Shown here in pieces: positions 1 through 10,142 of a DNA stretch of 64,000 bases (the stretch's first letter is position 1; each line of letters starts with the position of its first letter). The position numbers were made by a program, and so were the translations under genes. Below the pieces are notes generated by a model. It did not search any database and was not told the origin of the DNA. It saw only the letters and a list, made by a program, of their open reading frames with translations. Source of the stretch: Eledone cirrhosa (Eukaryota); assembly GCA_964016885.1 (NCBI GenBank), contig OZ024741.1, forward strand, positions 33,170,001-33,234,000, given 5' to 3'.

Positions 1-1
1 T

Positions 2-103
2 CAAAATTGCTCCTGTAGAGTCAAAAGTGAATGCCCATTACAAGGTAAATGCAACACTAAAGCCATTGTATATGAGGCTAAAGTGACTCACGTCCAGAAA
101 TAG
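2..103 (+). pseudogene. Penelope-like element fragment (Cys-rich linker and start of GIY-YIG endonuclease)
   Basis: Frame 2 reads QNCSCRVKSECPLQGKCNTKAIVYEAKVTHVQK*. This parallels NCNCRNRVDCPLSRKCLSSNIVYKCKV in the ORF at 7865-8935. Confidence 0.75.
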
Positions 104-147
104 CCGTCGAAACGGCTTGAACTCTGCCGTCGGGATCATACTTTTTC

Positions 148-213
<66 letters not shown>

Positions 214-547
214 GTAAAACCTGGCTTAATACGAAGAGGGAATTTTGAGAGAAAGCTTCGGGAAAGTTTTTAATTGGTTTCAAAACACTGAAAATTCGTG
301 TCTTTCTTTATGGCGTTTATTCTTCTCCAACATGATTAAGTTATGACAAGTGATAATTTAGTAGTATTGCTGTCAGATTATGTGACTAACCTGTAAACAT
401 CAAGAAGCTAAACGTTATAAATCAGTGTTTCCTAAATTGGGGGTTTATATTCTAAGTTCAGAATTTCAAGTATCTTGTTATGAATATAAAATACACACGC
501 TATTGGGTAATTCTTCTCTAAGTATAATCATTAATCTCTTATTTCAG

Positions 548-597
548 CCCTAGAACAATTTGAGAGATGGATTCAAGGAGGAAATCATTTATGTTAA
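548..597 (+). CDS. Candidate short terminal coding exon of an unidentified host gene (..LEQFERWIQGGNHLC*)
   Basis: A pyrimidine-rich acceptor (tctcttatttcag) ends at 547, followed by an open frame ending TAA TAG. Non-repetitive AT-rich sequence follows, with AATAAA near 1246 and 1336 and a downstream GU/U-rich tract. No homology recognised. Confidence 0.3.
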
Positions 598-1429
598 TAG
601 AGCTCTTGATAGTAGAATGTTAAGAAATCTCTGTTCTAAATGATTTAAACGCAATAATTATACTTTTGCTTGTTCTCCAAATCAACCGAAGCGCCAAATA
701 ATGAAAGTAGTCAAAACGGACCATTGTATCTCGAATTAAAATGCATGAGTTGATGAACGTTGCAGCTGTAAATTAAATGGGGATAAATGCAATAGTTTGT
801 AGTTTATTAAGCATGTAAAAAGCGTTAACTATCGATGTAAACTTTGTAAGAGAGAGGCAATGTCTGCCAGGTAGTACATACAAAAATTAAGGTCCGATAT
901 TGAAGCAATTTTTCGGGTTATGAGGCGCATATAAATATAAGACAGGCAATTATTTTGAAAAAAATTTAGTTTGGCAAACAAAGCTATAGTGTTTATGATC
1001 TTTATTAGGTGTATAGAACGTAATCATATTTTGACATCAAGATTTGGGGTTTTAAAAAAGTGCGTTTTATACACCGAAAAATATAATGTCATACTTGACA
1101 GATTTTACAGTCATTCTATGATGGCAATTTGTAAGCATTTTAAGTGCGACATTTTACTTTTGCCAGCTCAGATAAGTATCTCTGCTTATAAAAGGTCTGG
1201 GCACCATACTCACAAATCATGTGGAAAGGAGAAAAAATATTCAGAATAAATATGTTCATAAGTCAAAGATCATGGTTAGGGTTATTTTTATTTTTATTTT
1301 TAATTCTGTTTCTTATGCAGAATAGTAAATTTCTAATAAAATACTAAATGTTGTTCCTGGTTTCTTTCCTTTTAAATGGCCATTGCACATTTTGATCGTT
1401 TCACATAGGGCTTTATGGTGCTTTCATTT

Positions 1430-1880
1430 ATGTGTATATGTGTTTTGGTAAGTCTGTGTGTCTGTTTGAGTGTGTATACGTGTGTGTACATATATGTGTT
1501 TATTGGTGAGTCTATGTGTCTGTGTGAGTATGTAATTGTATGCGTGTGCGTACCTATATATGTGTAATTGTGAGTCTATGTGACTGTGTGAGTATGTAAT
1601 TGTATACGTGTGTGTACCTATATGTGTGTATTTGTGAGTCTATGTGACTGTGTGAGTATGTATTTGTATACGTGTGTGTACCTATATATGTGTAATTGTG
1701 AGTCAATCTGTCTGTGTGAGTATGTAATTGTATACGTGTGTACCTATATGTGTGTAATTGTGAGTCAATGTTTTCTGTGTGAGTATGTAATTGTATACGG
1801 GTGTGTACCAATATATGTGTATTTGTGAGTCTATGTGACTGTGTGAGTATGTAATTGTATGCGTGCGTATATGTGTGTAT
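1430..1880. repeat. ~64-bp minisatellite, ~7 copies
   Basis: gagtatgt recurs at 1526, 1590, 1654, 1718 and 1781. Confidence 0.85.
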
Positions 1881-2147
1881 TCATTGGCGTAAACAGGGTG
1901 TTACAAGGAAAAACATAAATTTAAATATTCAACATATACAGATCAATAAAAGGAGCACCAGACTGAGATAAGTACTGGCTAAAATACCTTGAAGGCAATG
2001 GAACAGTATGGCAGCATTCAAATGATTGAAAGCCTTATCAGATTATATATATGTGTGTATATATATATATATATGTGTGTGGGGGGGGGGGGGTAATAAA
2101 TATATATATATGTATGTATATACACATATATATATAATATATATATA

Positions 2148-2234
<87 letters not shown>

Positions 2235-2539
2235 AGAGAGAGAGATAACATATAAACATATATATATAGAGAGAGATATGGGGGATATATAGATATAGAT
2301 ATAAGAATGCATGCGTGCACATATTTTTGTCACGTACGTTTCTTCGCAGAATATAATATGATTATACAGATTGTGTACACACGTAATGATTGTAGAGAAT
2401 GGCATAAAAAGTTCATTATACTATAATAATACAGTATATACATATTATATTCCTTGTCTGGCTTACAAAATTATGGTTCATTGTTATTTAAAGAAAACAT
2501 AAAGTATATAAACGAATCTTAACTACTGTCACATTATTT

Positions 2540-5500
2540 ATATATCTATCTATCTAAGGCGGGTAAAATTCCCGAGATCCATGGACGAGTTCTCTCCAGC
2601 GGTCTCTGTCCCTCATTATCGCTGCCATATCCTGCATCTCCAACAGACCAGTGTCTGTCCTTAGGGCATCAACATATGTTAACCTTGGTCTTCCCCTTCT
2701 AGTGTGTCCATGTAGGGGCTCCCAAAGGAGCACTGAGTGCAATGTCAACTCTGGATGTCGGTGAGCATGTCCAGCCAACCTCAGTCTTCTCTGTGTCACT
2801 TTTGAGCTGACTTTTTGGATGCTCCCATACAGCTCTGAGTTTTTCATCCTCAGTGTATACTGATTAATGTTCAGAGCCATCCTCAGCATTCTCGTGTAGC
2901 ACCCATCCACCATCTGAGTGAGTCTCTTGGTCAGTGTCCAAGTCTCAGACCCATACAGCAGCACAGACTCCACTACAGCAATGAAGAGGCGGATTTTCAG
3001 GTCTCTACGAAGGTCCGACTTCCACACCGACCTCAAGCTGTGACACGCCGCCCAGGCCTTGCTCTTCCTCTCAACCACATCATCTTCCGTATTCCCAATC
3101 TTTGCTCCCAAATACAGGAAGTCCTCAACCAATTCCAGCGGCTTCCCGCCTACATTAGTGATCCCCTCTGGCTTCTCAACATTCTCTACCAGATATTTTG
3201 TTTTAGTCTCATTCATTCTCAGCCCCACACTCATCGACACAGTCTCAACCTCCCGCATCAAATCCTCTGCCTCCTTCACTGTATTTGTCACCAAAACTAT
3301 GTCGTCGGCAAATTCAGCATCCGATACCTTTTTCGCCCCAACTCTCCTGCTCTGAGCCGGTGCTACAGTAAAGACAGAGTCCTGGTGTTTCTCCAGTGTA
3401 AGGCGCATACAATAGTCCACTACGATGATAAAAAGGTAGGGAGCCAATGTATCTCCCTGGAGCACTCCAGCCAGTATCTCAAAGAACTCTGTCATCCCAT
3501 CAGGTGTAATGACTTGGGCTTTGGTGTTGGTGTAGAGCAGTGATATCAGGTCCACTATCCTCTTGGGGATTCCATAAGCCTGTAAGATCTTCATCAGGCA
3601 GTAACGGTCCACAGAATCAAAGGCCTTCCTAAAGTCAATGAAAACCATGACCGCAGGAAGGCACTTTTCTCTAGCTCCCTCTAATATCCTCCTCAGCATC
3701 AGGATGTGACTGGTGGTTGATCTACCCTCTCTGAAGCCGTTCTGGTTGTCCCTGAGCTTCTTCTCCATCTCAGGCTGGATCCTGTTAAGAATCATCCTGT
3801 TGAGGGTCTTTTCCACAAGTGACGTCAGTGAGATCCCCCGGTAGTTGTTGGTGTTAGAGAGATCTCCCTTCTTTGGCACTGGGACGATGTTACTGATCCT
3901 CCACTGATTCGGGGCAACTCCTTTCTCCAGTGCCCCGTTACAGAACCCCAGGATGATATCATCAAAATCACACCTCTTCATCACCTCTGATGCCACTCCA
4001 TCTTCTCCATGAGCCTTGCCCTCCTTGATCTTCTTCTTGGCTCTCTGAAGCTCCTCTCTGGTGAAGGGCTCTATCTCAACATCCAGTTCCTCAAACAGCC
4101 GCCTGATCTCCCCAGTGCTCTGGGCTGTGGAGGGTGGCTCTCCTAGTAGGGTCCTAAAATGGTCTAGCCATTTCCTCTTCCTATCCTCGGGCCCCGTTCC
4201 CTGGATCTGACTCGAACACCTTTTCTTCCTCCCTGTGATCTTACAGCTCTCCTTACATCCAGATCTGTCAACCGCTCTCTCCACACTTCTGATCTTCTCT
4301 ATCAGTGCCTCCTCTCTGACCTTAGTGTAAGCGGTACAGAGCTCTTCCCTCATCACCTCCACAGTCTCCATCCTCTCCTCCGTAGGATCAGCATAGAATT
4401 GGTCCCTGGCAGCTTTCAGGTGTTCTCTGGCTGCACACACTTTTGGGTTTGCAGAGCTGACGTGCTTCCCTTTGTTCTTTTTCCTCGGCACCAGGGTTTC
4501 ACTTGCTTTCGCCACTGCATTGGTGAAGTGCCCGTACCTCCTCGTCACACTCTCCTCAGTCCATCCAATCTCTCTCTCCTCTGACTCTCCACACAGAGCA
4601 CTAAACCTGTTTCTCACTTCCACTGTGAACCTCTCCTGTAGCTTATCATCTTCCTTGAAAGCTCCCCAGTCATAGATTGTTCTCCGGGGCTGAGCCTTGC
4701 TCTTTCTTAAGCTCACGCGGACCTCACTCATAACACGCCGGTGGTCACTACCCAGTGTACTGAAATAGCTGTATGGTTCCGTGTTCAGAACACTATTCCG
4801 CCACATTTTCCTCACCAGAATGAAATCAATCTGGTACTTGGACAGGTGCATATCTGAGATGTAGGTCCACATCTTCCCCAGATTCTTCCTAAACCTTAGG
4901 TTGGTCGCCATCAAGTTCGCCTCCAGCAGGGTGTCTCTCAGTAGTCTTCCATTTCGGTTGGTGTTGTTATGGAAGTACCAGCAAGGATCTTCACTGCCCT
5001 CCTTACTCAGATGTGCATTGAAGTCCCCCAAAACAAACAGGATATTGTGTGCCTGAGTAGTGTTGACAGCTCTACACACCTCCTCATGGAACTCCTCGGC
5101 ACTCACATCACTGTCCCCCTCGGTTGGACTATAGGCTGAGATGACTGTCAGTCTTGGGTTTCCATTGAAGGTCACCCTCAACACTCGCGGGAAGATAGGC
5201 ATTATTTCCCTCACCAACAGATTGGTTTTTGCACTGAACACAAAACCCACTCCTCCTACTGCAGCATTTGTTGTGTTCTTCACTGCCGATGTAGTGATGA
5301 GCTGGCTCTTCCTCCCGATCATCACACTCCTCACGGGCTCATCGTGTAGAATCCTGTGTTCTTGGATCGCAAGTATCTGTATACCACTCTCCTCGAACAG
5401 ATGTCCCAAGTCCTCTCTCTTCTCCAGCGTTCGAATAGTCCTCACATTCAAAGTGCCCATTTTGATGGCTCTTCTGCAGGACAAAACTGCATTCTTTATA

Positions 5501-5850
5501 TTTGTCTCAGAGACAGCTGATCCATCATCCACTGGCCCTCTCTGTGGCTCTAAGCCAGCAGAGTCATAACGACCAGGCTGCTCCTTGACAGTGTAATTAG
5601 GGGCTCTAACCCTAGTGCTGTTAGATCGACTCTCCATATTTCTTTTCAATGGCTGACAATACCTTACCGGCGCCACTCGAATAAGGTAGTTATTTAACCC
5701 ATAAATGGAGCCCTAACAGGTACTACCACCCCGGGCCAGGGCAGACCTGGGAGTCATGACAACTAAGGGGTAACTCCACATTCCCCACATCTCCTGAACT
5801 CCCGAACTGGAGCCTTGCCACTGGATGTAGTTTAATGTCGTACCCCATAA
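2540..5850 (-). mobile_element. Apparently full-length RTE-clade LINE
   Basis: Single APE+RT ORF with a ~170-nt 5' UTR (5677-5850). There is essentially no 3' UTR: the TAG stop runs into a short (TAGA)n tail, as is typical of RTE. Confidence 0.9.
2554..5676 (-). CDS. RTE ORF: AP-like endonuclease + reverse transcriptase, 1040 aa, uninterrupted
   Basis: APE motifs LNVRT, AIQEHR, LGDFNAH, IDFILV, SDH. RT motifs NYRGISL, QNGFR, FIDFRKAFDSV, GVLQGDTLAPYLF, FADD, FLYLG. RTE-type C-terminus RRLRLAGH..GRPRLTY..W. Confidence 0.93.
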   Translation of the reverse strand: MAPVRYCQPLKRNMESRSNSTRVRAPNYTVKEQPGRYDSAGLEPQRGPVDDGSAVSETNIKNAVLSCRRAIKMGTLNVRTIRTLEKREDLGHLFEESGIQILAIQEHRILHDEPVRSVMIGRKSQLITTSAVKNTTNAAVGGVGFVFSAKTNLLVREIMPIFPRVLRVTFNGNPRLTVISAYSPTEGDSDVSAEEFHEEVCRAVNTTQAHNILFVLGDFNAHLSKEGSEDPCWYFHNNTNRNGRLLRDTLLEANLMATNLRFRKNLGKMWTYISDMHLSKYQIDFILVRKMWRNSVLNTEPYSYFSTLGSDHRRVMSEVRVSLRKSKAQPRRTIYDWGAFKEDDKLQERFTVEVRNRFSALCGESEEREIGWTEESVTRRYGHFTNAVAKASETLVPRKKNKGKHVSSANPKVCAAREHLKAARDQFYADPTEERMETVEVMREELCTAYTKVREEALIEKIRSVERAVDRSGCKESCKITGRKKRCSSQIQGTGPEDRKRKWLDHFRTLLGEPPSTAQSTGEIRRLFEELDVEIEPFTREELQRAKKKIKEGKAHGEDGVASEVMKRCDFDDIILGFCNGALEKGVAPNQWRISNIVPVPKKGDLSNTNNYRGISLTSLVEKTLNRMILNRIQPEMEKKLRDNQNGFREGRSTTSHILMLRRILEGAREKCLPAVMVFIDFRKAFDSVDRYCLMKILQAYGIPKRIVDLISLLYTNTKAQVITPDGMTEFFEILAGVLQGDTLAPYLFIIVVDYCMRLTLEKHQDSVFTVAPAQSRRVGAKKVSDAEFADDIVLVTNTVKEAEDLMREVETVSMSVGLRMNETKTKYLVENVEKPEGITNVGGKPLELVEDFLYLGAKIGNTEDDVVERKSKAWAACHSLRSVWKSDLRRDLKIRLFIAVVESVLLYGSETWTLTKRLTQMVDGCYTRMLRMALNINQYTLRMKNSELYGSIQKVSSKVTQRRLRLAGHAHRHPELTLHSVLLWEPLHGHTRRGRPRLTYVDALRTDTGLLEMQDMAAIMRDRDRWRELVHGSREFYPP

Positions 5851-5973
5851 ATATGTATATAATATATATATATATATATATATACGTTACGTTATTCCGG
5901 GTTGAATCGGAGGTAACCACAGTAAGTAAGGTACTCAATACATTGCAAAGTATAAAAGTGTTAATATAGATGA

Positions 5974-6027
5974 GATTCTACAGGACTAGACTAGAACTGT
6001 TTCATTCTTTAGAAATCATCAGGAATC
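5974..6027 (-). ncRNA. Type I hammerhead ribozyme (GUA site)
   Basis: Minus strand: gauuc-CUGAUGA-uuucuaaagaau-GAAACAG-loop-CUGUA-gaauc. Stem I 5 bp, stem III 4 bp, short stem II. Confidence 0.75.
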
Positions 6028-6029
6028 AG

Positions 6030-6078
6030 AATTCCTGATGATTTCTAAAGAATGAAACAGTTCTAGTCCTGTATAATC
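6030..6078 (+). ncRNA. Hammerhead motif, inverted partner copy (stem I weakened)
   Basis: aattc-CTGATGA-tttctaaagaat-GAAACAG-ttctagtc-CTGTA-taatc. The first stem I pair is C·U. Confidence 0.5.
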
Positions 6079-6093
6079 TCATCTATATTAAAA

Positions 6094-6162
<69 letters not shown>

Positions 6163-6166
<4 letters not shown>

Positions 6167-6390
6167 GTAATAAACAACATAAGATAATTATTTCATTTAC
6201 CGGTGGTTTCTTGAAAGCAACCAAAATTGCTTTCATTCATCAGAATGAAGTTTATTGACAGTAGATTTGACAAATCCACTGTCAATAAAGACACCAGAAT
6301 CTTTTGATTCTGATGAATGAAAGCAATTTTGGTTGATTTCAAGAAAACACTGGTAAATGAAATAATTATATTATGTTGTTTATTACATAA
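6163..6390. mobile_element. Second fold-back element with two hammerhead motifs and a central hairpin (family 2)
   Basis: 6163-6246 is the inverted copy of ~6307-6390. The spacer has its own hairpin tttattgacagt..actgtcaataaa (6251-6289). Confidence 0.7.
6192..6249 (-). ncRNA. Type I hammerhead ribozyme (GUA site)
   Basis: uucauu-CUGAUGA-a-ugaaagcaa-loop-uugcuuuca-a-GAAACC-acc-GGUA-aaugaa. Stem I 6 bp, stem II 9 bp, stem III 3 bp. A decayed partner lies at 6304-6362 (+). Confidence 0.8.
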
Positions 6391-6459
6391 CTAATAAGCT
6401 CTGTAACTTACATAGAGCACTCTTTTTTCCTGGACATTTCCGACGGAATTACTTCATTA

Positions 6460-6555
<96 letters not shown>

Positions 6556-6763
6556 ACTCTCTCTCGTGTTGTTACTCTTTCCTTCATTCTTCTACACATC
6601 TCATATACACCACGCATCTCAACGTACACCCACTTACATCTCTCTCTCCACCACCGGATCTTGTTACCCGGAGATTTACCCATTTGCATTGTCGATGCTT
6701 CCAAACGACTTAAAGATATTTACTTATTATTCCACAATGCTTCAAGCAAAACTTCAATACTCT

Positions 6764-6865
<102 letters not shown>

Positions 6866-6879
6866 TATTTATTAAAATA

Positions 6880-8940
6880 ACAGATTAAAGTTTAAGCAAA
6901 GAATCGCTGCTTTCGCCCTTAAGGGGATCTTCTTAAACTAACAAAGTCAATCTGTGAACGCAGAAGTGAATATTTCAAAAAACGTTGCAACCGGGGGAAG
7001 ACAGGAAGACGATACTTTGGTTCGTGGAAACGTTCCCTGGCAAAGAACGGGGAAAAACGAATATAATACATCATTATTTGTAGCGGTGAAAAACAATTAC
7101 ACGCAAAGACAGAACCACGATTATGGTATAAAAGAAGTCGTAGACTAATATTCTCTTAGGTGGTTCATAGAGACGTTCTCTGGCAATGAACGGAAAAAAC
7201 GAAGATAATATGTCATATGTGGAGCGTGGAGAACAACTGCACGCAAAGACAAAACCACGCAAATGGTACAACTGAAGTCGTAGACTAAAATTCTAACTAG
7301 GAAACCGAATGATTCAGAGTTAAGAATAAAGTAAATATAATACAGAGATAATTGAAATTAAATAAATACATACACGCATCCATACACGTACATACACAAG
7401 CATACGCGAAAACATTCGCCATGGGTATACAAATACACGCACATATAAATATGTGTGTGTGTGTGCGTGTATACAAAGAATTAAATAAACGTATATAAAT
7501 AAATAAATAAATAAATACGTATATAACAAGCGCACACACATACCTACATGAAAATACACAAATGTTCGGAGACGTACGTCAACCAAAACACGAAGTACAC
7601 ATATACACACACCCTACATACGTACAAACCCGCATACTCACACAGACGCAAAACTCACGTATACACATAACCAAAAGCATATGTACCAGAATATATAAAA
7701 TATACACCATAACATATACAATCAAATATACGTACGAGAAAGTATACGTACCTTCACAAAGCATACAGGTAATATATACTTACCTATGCAAATAAGTAAT
7801 GATATAAACATAACGTATACTTAGCTACCACATCAAGACGTAAAATATCCGCGTATAGATCGTACTATTCGTTAGGGTATAATGTGGGGCTGTAATACAG
7901 GAAAGTTTTGTGCAATTTATGTTTACAAGCCGAAATTGCCTCAGATTTTTTGTTTAAGATGTGGTCTGTGGCGTAGAGTATTTCCAGGGCCTCAGCGGCG
8001 CAGAGGTTACATGGTCTTTTATTTCCGTTATACGATCTAGCCCTAGCTAGGATCTCCCAGTGTAACTTATATTGGGTGTGGTTGTCTTTTAGACTCCAAA
8101 TATAAGCTGAAAGTGACGTCATATTCCTTCTTAGAGGGTAACGAAAAGAATGGGTATGCATGTAAAGACGCTGCTTGAATCTATTGGCGGTTAATCCTAT
8201 GTAAGCCCTACGGGACGTGGGTGTTTCAACCTTACATTTGTAGACAATGTTACTAGAGAGGCATTTCCTGGATAGGGGGCAATCAACCCGATTCCTACAA
8301 TTACAGTTAGTACTAACTACAGGGTTGCACGTGTTCCTACGGCTAGGTAGTTTAGCTAAATTTGAAGCTGTGATGTTATGCGCAAGGTTAGGAGTCGTAG
8401 AGTAAGAAATTTTAATAGTATTTCTATTTAAAATGTTACTATATTTATGTGTAGGGAGAAAATGCTTCGTAATAAGGGATAGAAAGATCTTAGCTAATGG
8501 TGTGGCCACCTCCATATTATATGGTGGGTTATACCGTATAATGCGTCGGGATCTATTTCTTCTAGGTCTATTCTCGTACTCTGTATAATCTACCTTATCG
8601 ACAAATCCACTCCGAGCAAGAGCTTCATTGTAATATGTGGAATGGTTGTTGAAAATATGTTCGTTAGTAGATAGACGGGAAAACCTCAAAGAAACGTTTC
8701 TTACCAGGTTCTTGGTTATGCTGGCAGGATGGTTGGAATGCTTACTTATGTAATTAAGCGTATCATTCGGCTTTCTATACGGGTTATACAAGCCATTCGA
8801 CAAATTGAGGGTAACGTCGAGGTAATTAACGACCGAGAGGTTGGCCTCAACCTGTATAGAGAGGTTGAAGCCTTTAAAGAAGGCTGTGAGTTCTTTTCTG
8901 AACCTGTCGCAAGCACGTGGGCCGCACTTAGTCATGCGGT
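6880..8940 (-). mobile_element. 5'-truncated Penelope-like retroelement with long 3' region
   Basis: The ORF at 7865-8935 is followed by ~1 kb containing a diverged direct repeat (starts ~7018 and ~7161) and a decayed hammerhead-like motif near 6889-6939, ending at (TA)n. Confidence 0.75.
7865..8935 (-). CDS. Penelope-like RT C-terminus/thumb + GIY-YIG endonuclease (Naiad-like Cys pattern, tentative)
   Basis: VNYLDVTLNL, YRKPND, SNHP (PLE RT/thumb); CxCx5C-PL-x2-C linker; IVY..YIGLT..FKQR..H; CNLCAAE..LNKKSE..CKH. Confidence 0.88.
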   Translation of the reverse strand: MTKCGPRACDRFRKELTAFFKGFNLSIQVEANLSVVNYLDVTLNLSNGLYNPYRKPNDTLNYISKHSNHPASITKNLVRNVSLRFSRLSTNEHIFNNHSTYYNEALARSGFVDKVDYTEYENRPRRNRSRRIIRYNPPYNMEVATPLAKIFLSLITKHFLPTHKYSNILNRNTIKISYSTTPNLAHNITASNLAKLPSRRNTCNPVVSTNCNCRNRVDCPLSRKCLSSNIVYKCKVETPTSRRAYIGLTANRFKQRLYMHTHSFRYPLRRNMTSLSAYIWSLKDNHTQYKLHWEILARARSYNGNKRPCNLCAAEALEILYATDHILNKKSEAISACKHKLHKTFLYYSPTLYPNE

Positions 8941-9108
8941 TCTTATATATTTGATATATATTTATCCTTATCGAGCCCTCTTTGGATTTTAGTCTTCAAA
9001 TTTATTATTATTACTATTATTATTATTATTACTATTATTATTATTATTACTATATATATATATATATATATTATATACATATTTATGTATATATGCATAT
9101 ATATATAC

Positions 9109-9162
<54 letters not shown>

Positions 9163-9176
9163 TGTGTGTGTATATA

Positions 9177-9207
<31 letters not shown>

Positions 9208-9540
9208 TTGTCAAAAAGAAAGTATTTACTTCTGTCTGCTGAAACATCCGTTGGTGAATTACTTTCAATTTTCCTATGAAATTTATAATCGCCATCTTTG
9301 GTCACGGCCTACTAAGTCATAAATATATGGTTTGTATATGTGTATATTATGTATACATATATATGTATATATGTATGGGAGAGGGGTTGTGTGTATCTGT
9401 GGATGTGTGCGTGTTTTAGTATTTAGTCAGGGAAGGACTTCCGAGACTTGTGAGAGTTAGGATGAGAAATATTCTCAAACCAGAAAGCTGGACCGATTAC
9501 ATGGCAGAGATGAACACGGATGAAGGAATCCAAAGGCCGG

Positions 9541-9612
<72 letters not shown>

Positions 9613-9732
9613 GGAAAAGGTATGACCTCGACGGCAGAGCTCAAGTCGTTTCGACGGTTATTTCTGTCCATTCTACTACCCTAAGTACTCTGGTGCGTTA
9701 CGGTCCATCTGGTTCCTTACCACAATTCCTTC

Positions 9733-9790
<58 letters not shown>

Positions 9791-9816
9791 GAGAGAGAGA
9801 GAGGGTGAGAGATAGA

Positions 9817-9879
<63 letters not shown>

Positions 9880-10142
9880 AGAGAGAGAGATGGATAGATA
9901 GATAGATATATTTTTTATTTGCTACGAGGGCGCACAAGAAAAGGGGACAATACAAAGACATTCCGGGGATTTTACATACAGTCGTGTAAAAAATATAAAA
10001 ACAAACAATTACAACAATCGAAATCCCCAATAGGGGGGAGGCGCCACAAATGGGTTGTTTAATACCCCGTCGATAGAAAACCCTCAACTCCAGGAGCGTG
10101 TTGTGCAAGTGCTCCTTTCTTCCTTTTGCTCTCTTCTTCAAC

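Larger units (their letters stand above)
5885..6097. mobile_element. Non-coding fold-back element with two divergent hammerhead motifs (Penelope pLTR-derived family 1)
   Basis: Arms ~5948-6026 and ~6031-6097 are inverted copies, flanked by (TA)n. The leader 5885-5941 recurs inverted at 34868-34921, and a diverged version of the whole unit is at 41585-41766. Confidence 0.7.

Noticed and set aside
2018-2405. YIYI/SLSL/CVCV ORFs here and throughout the window
   Set aside because: They are translations of dinucleotide microsatellites.
7865-8935. Selenocysteine recoding as described for some Naiad elements
   Set aside because: The conserved Cys positions use TGT/TGC and no convincing SECIS was seen.
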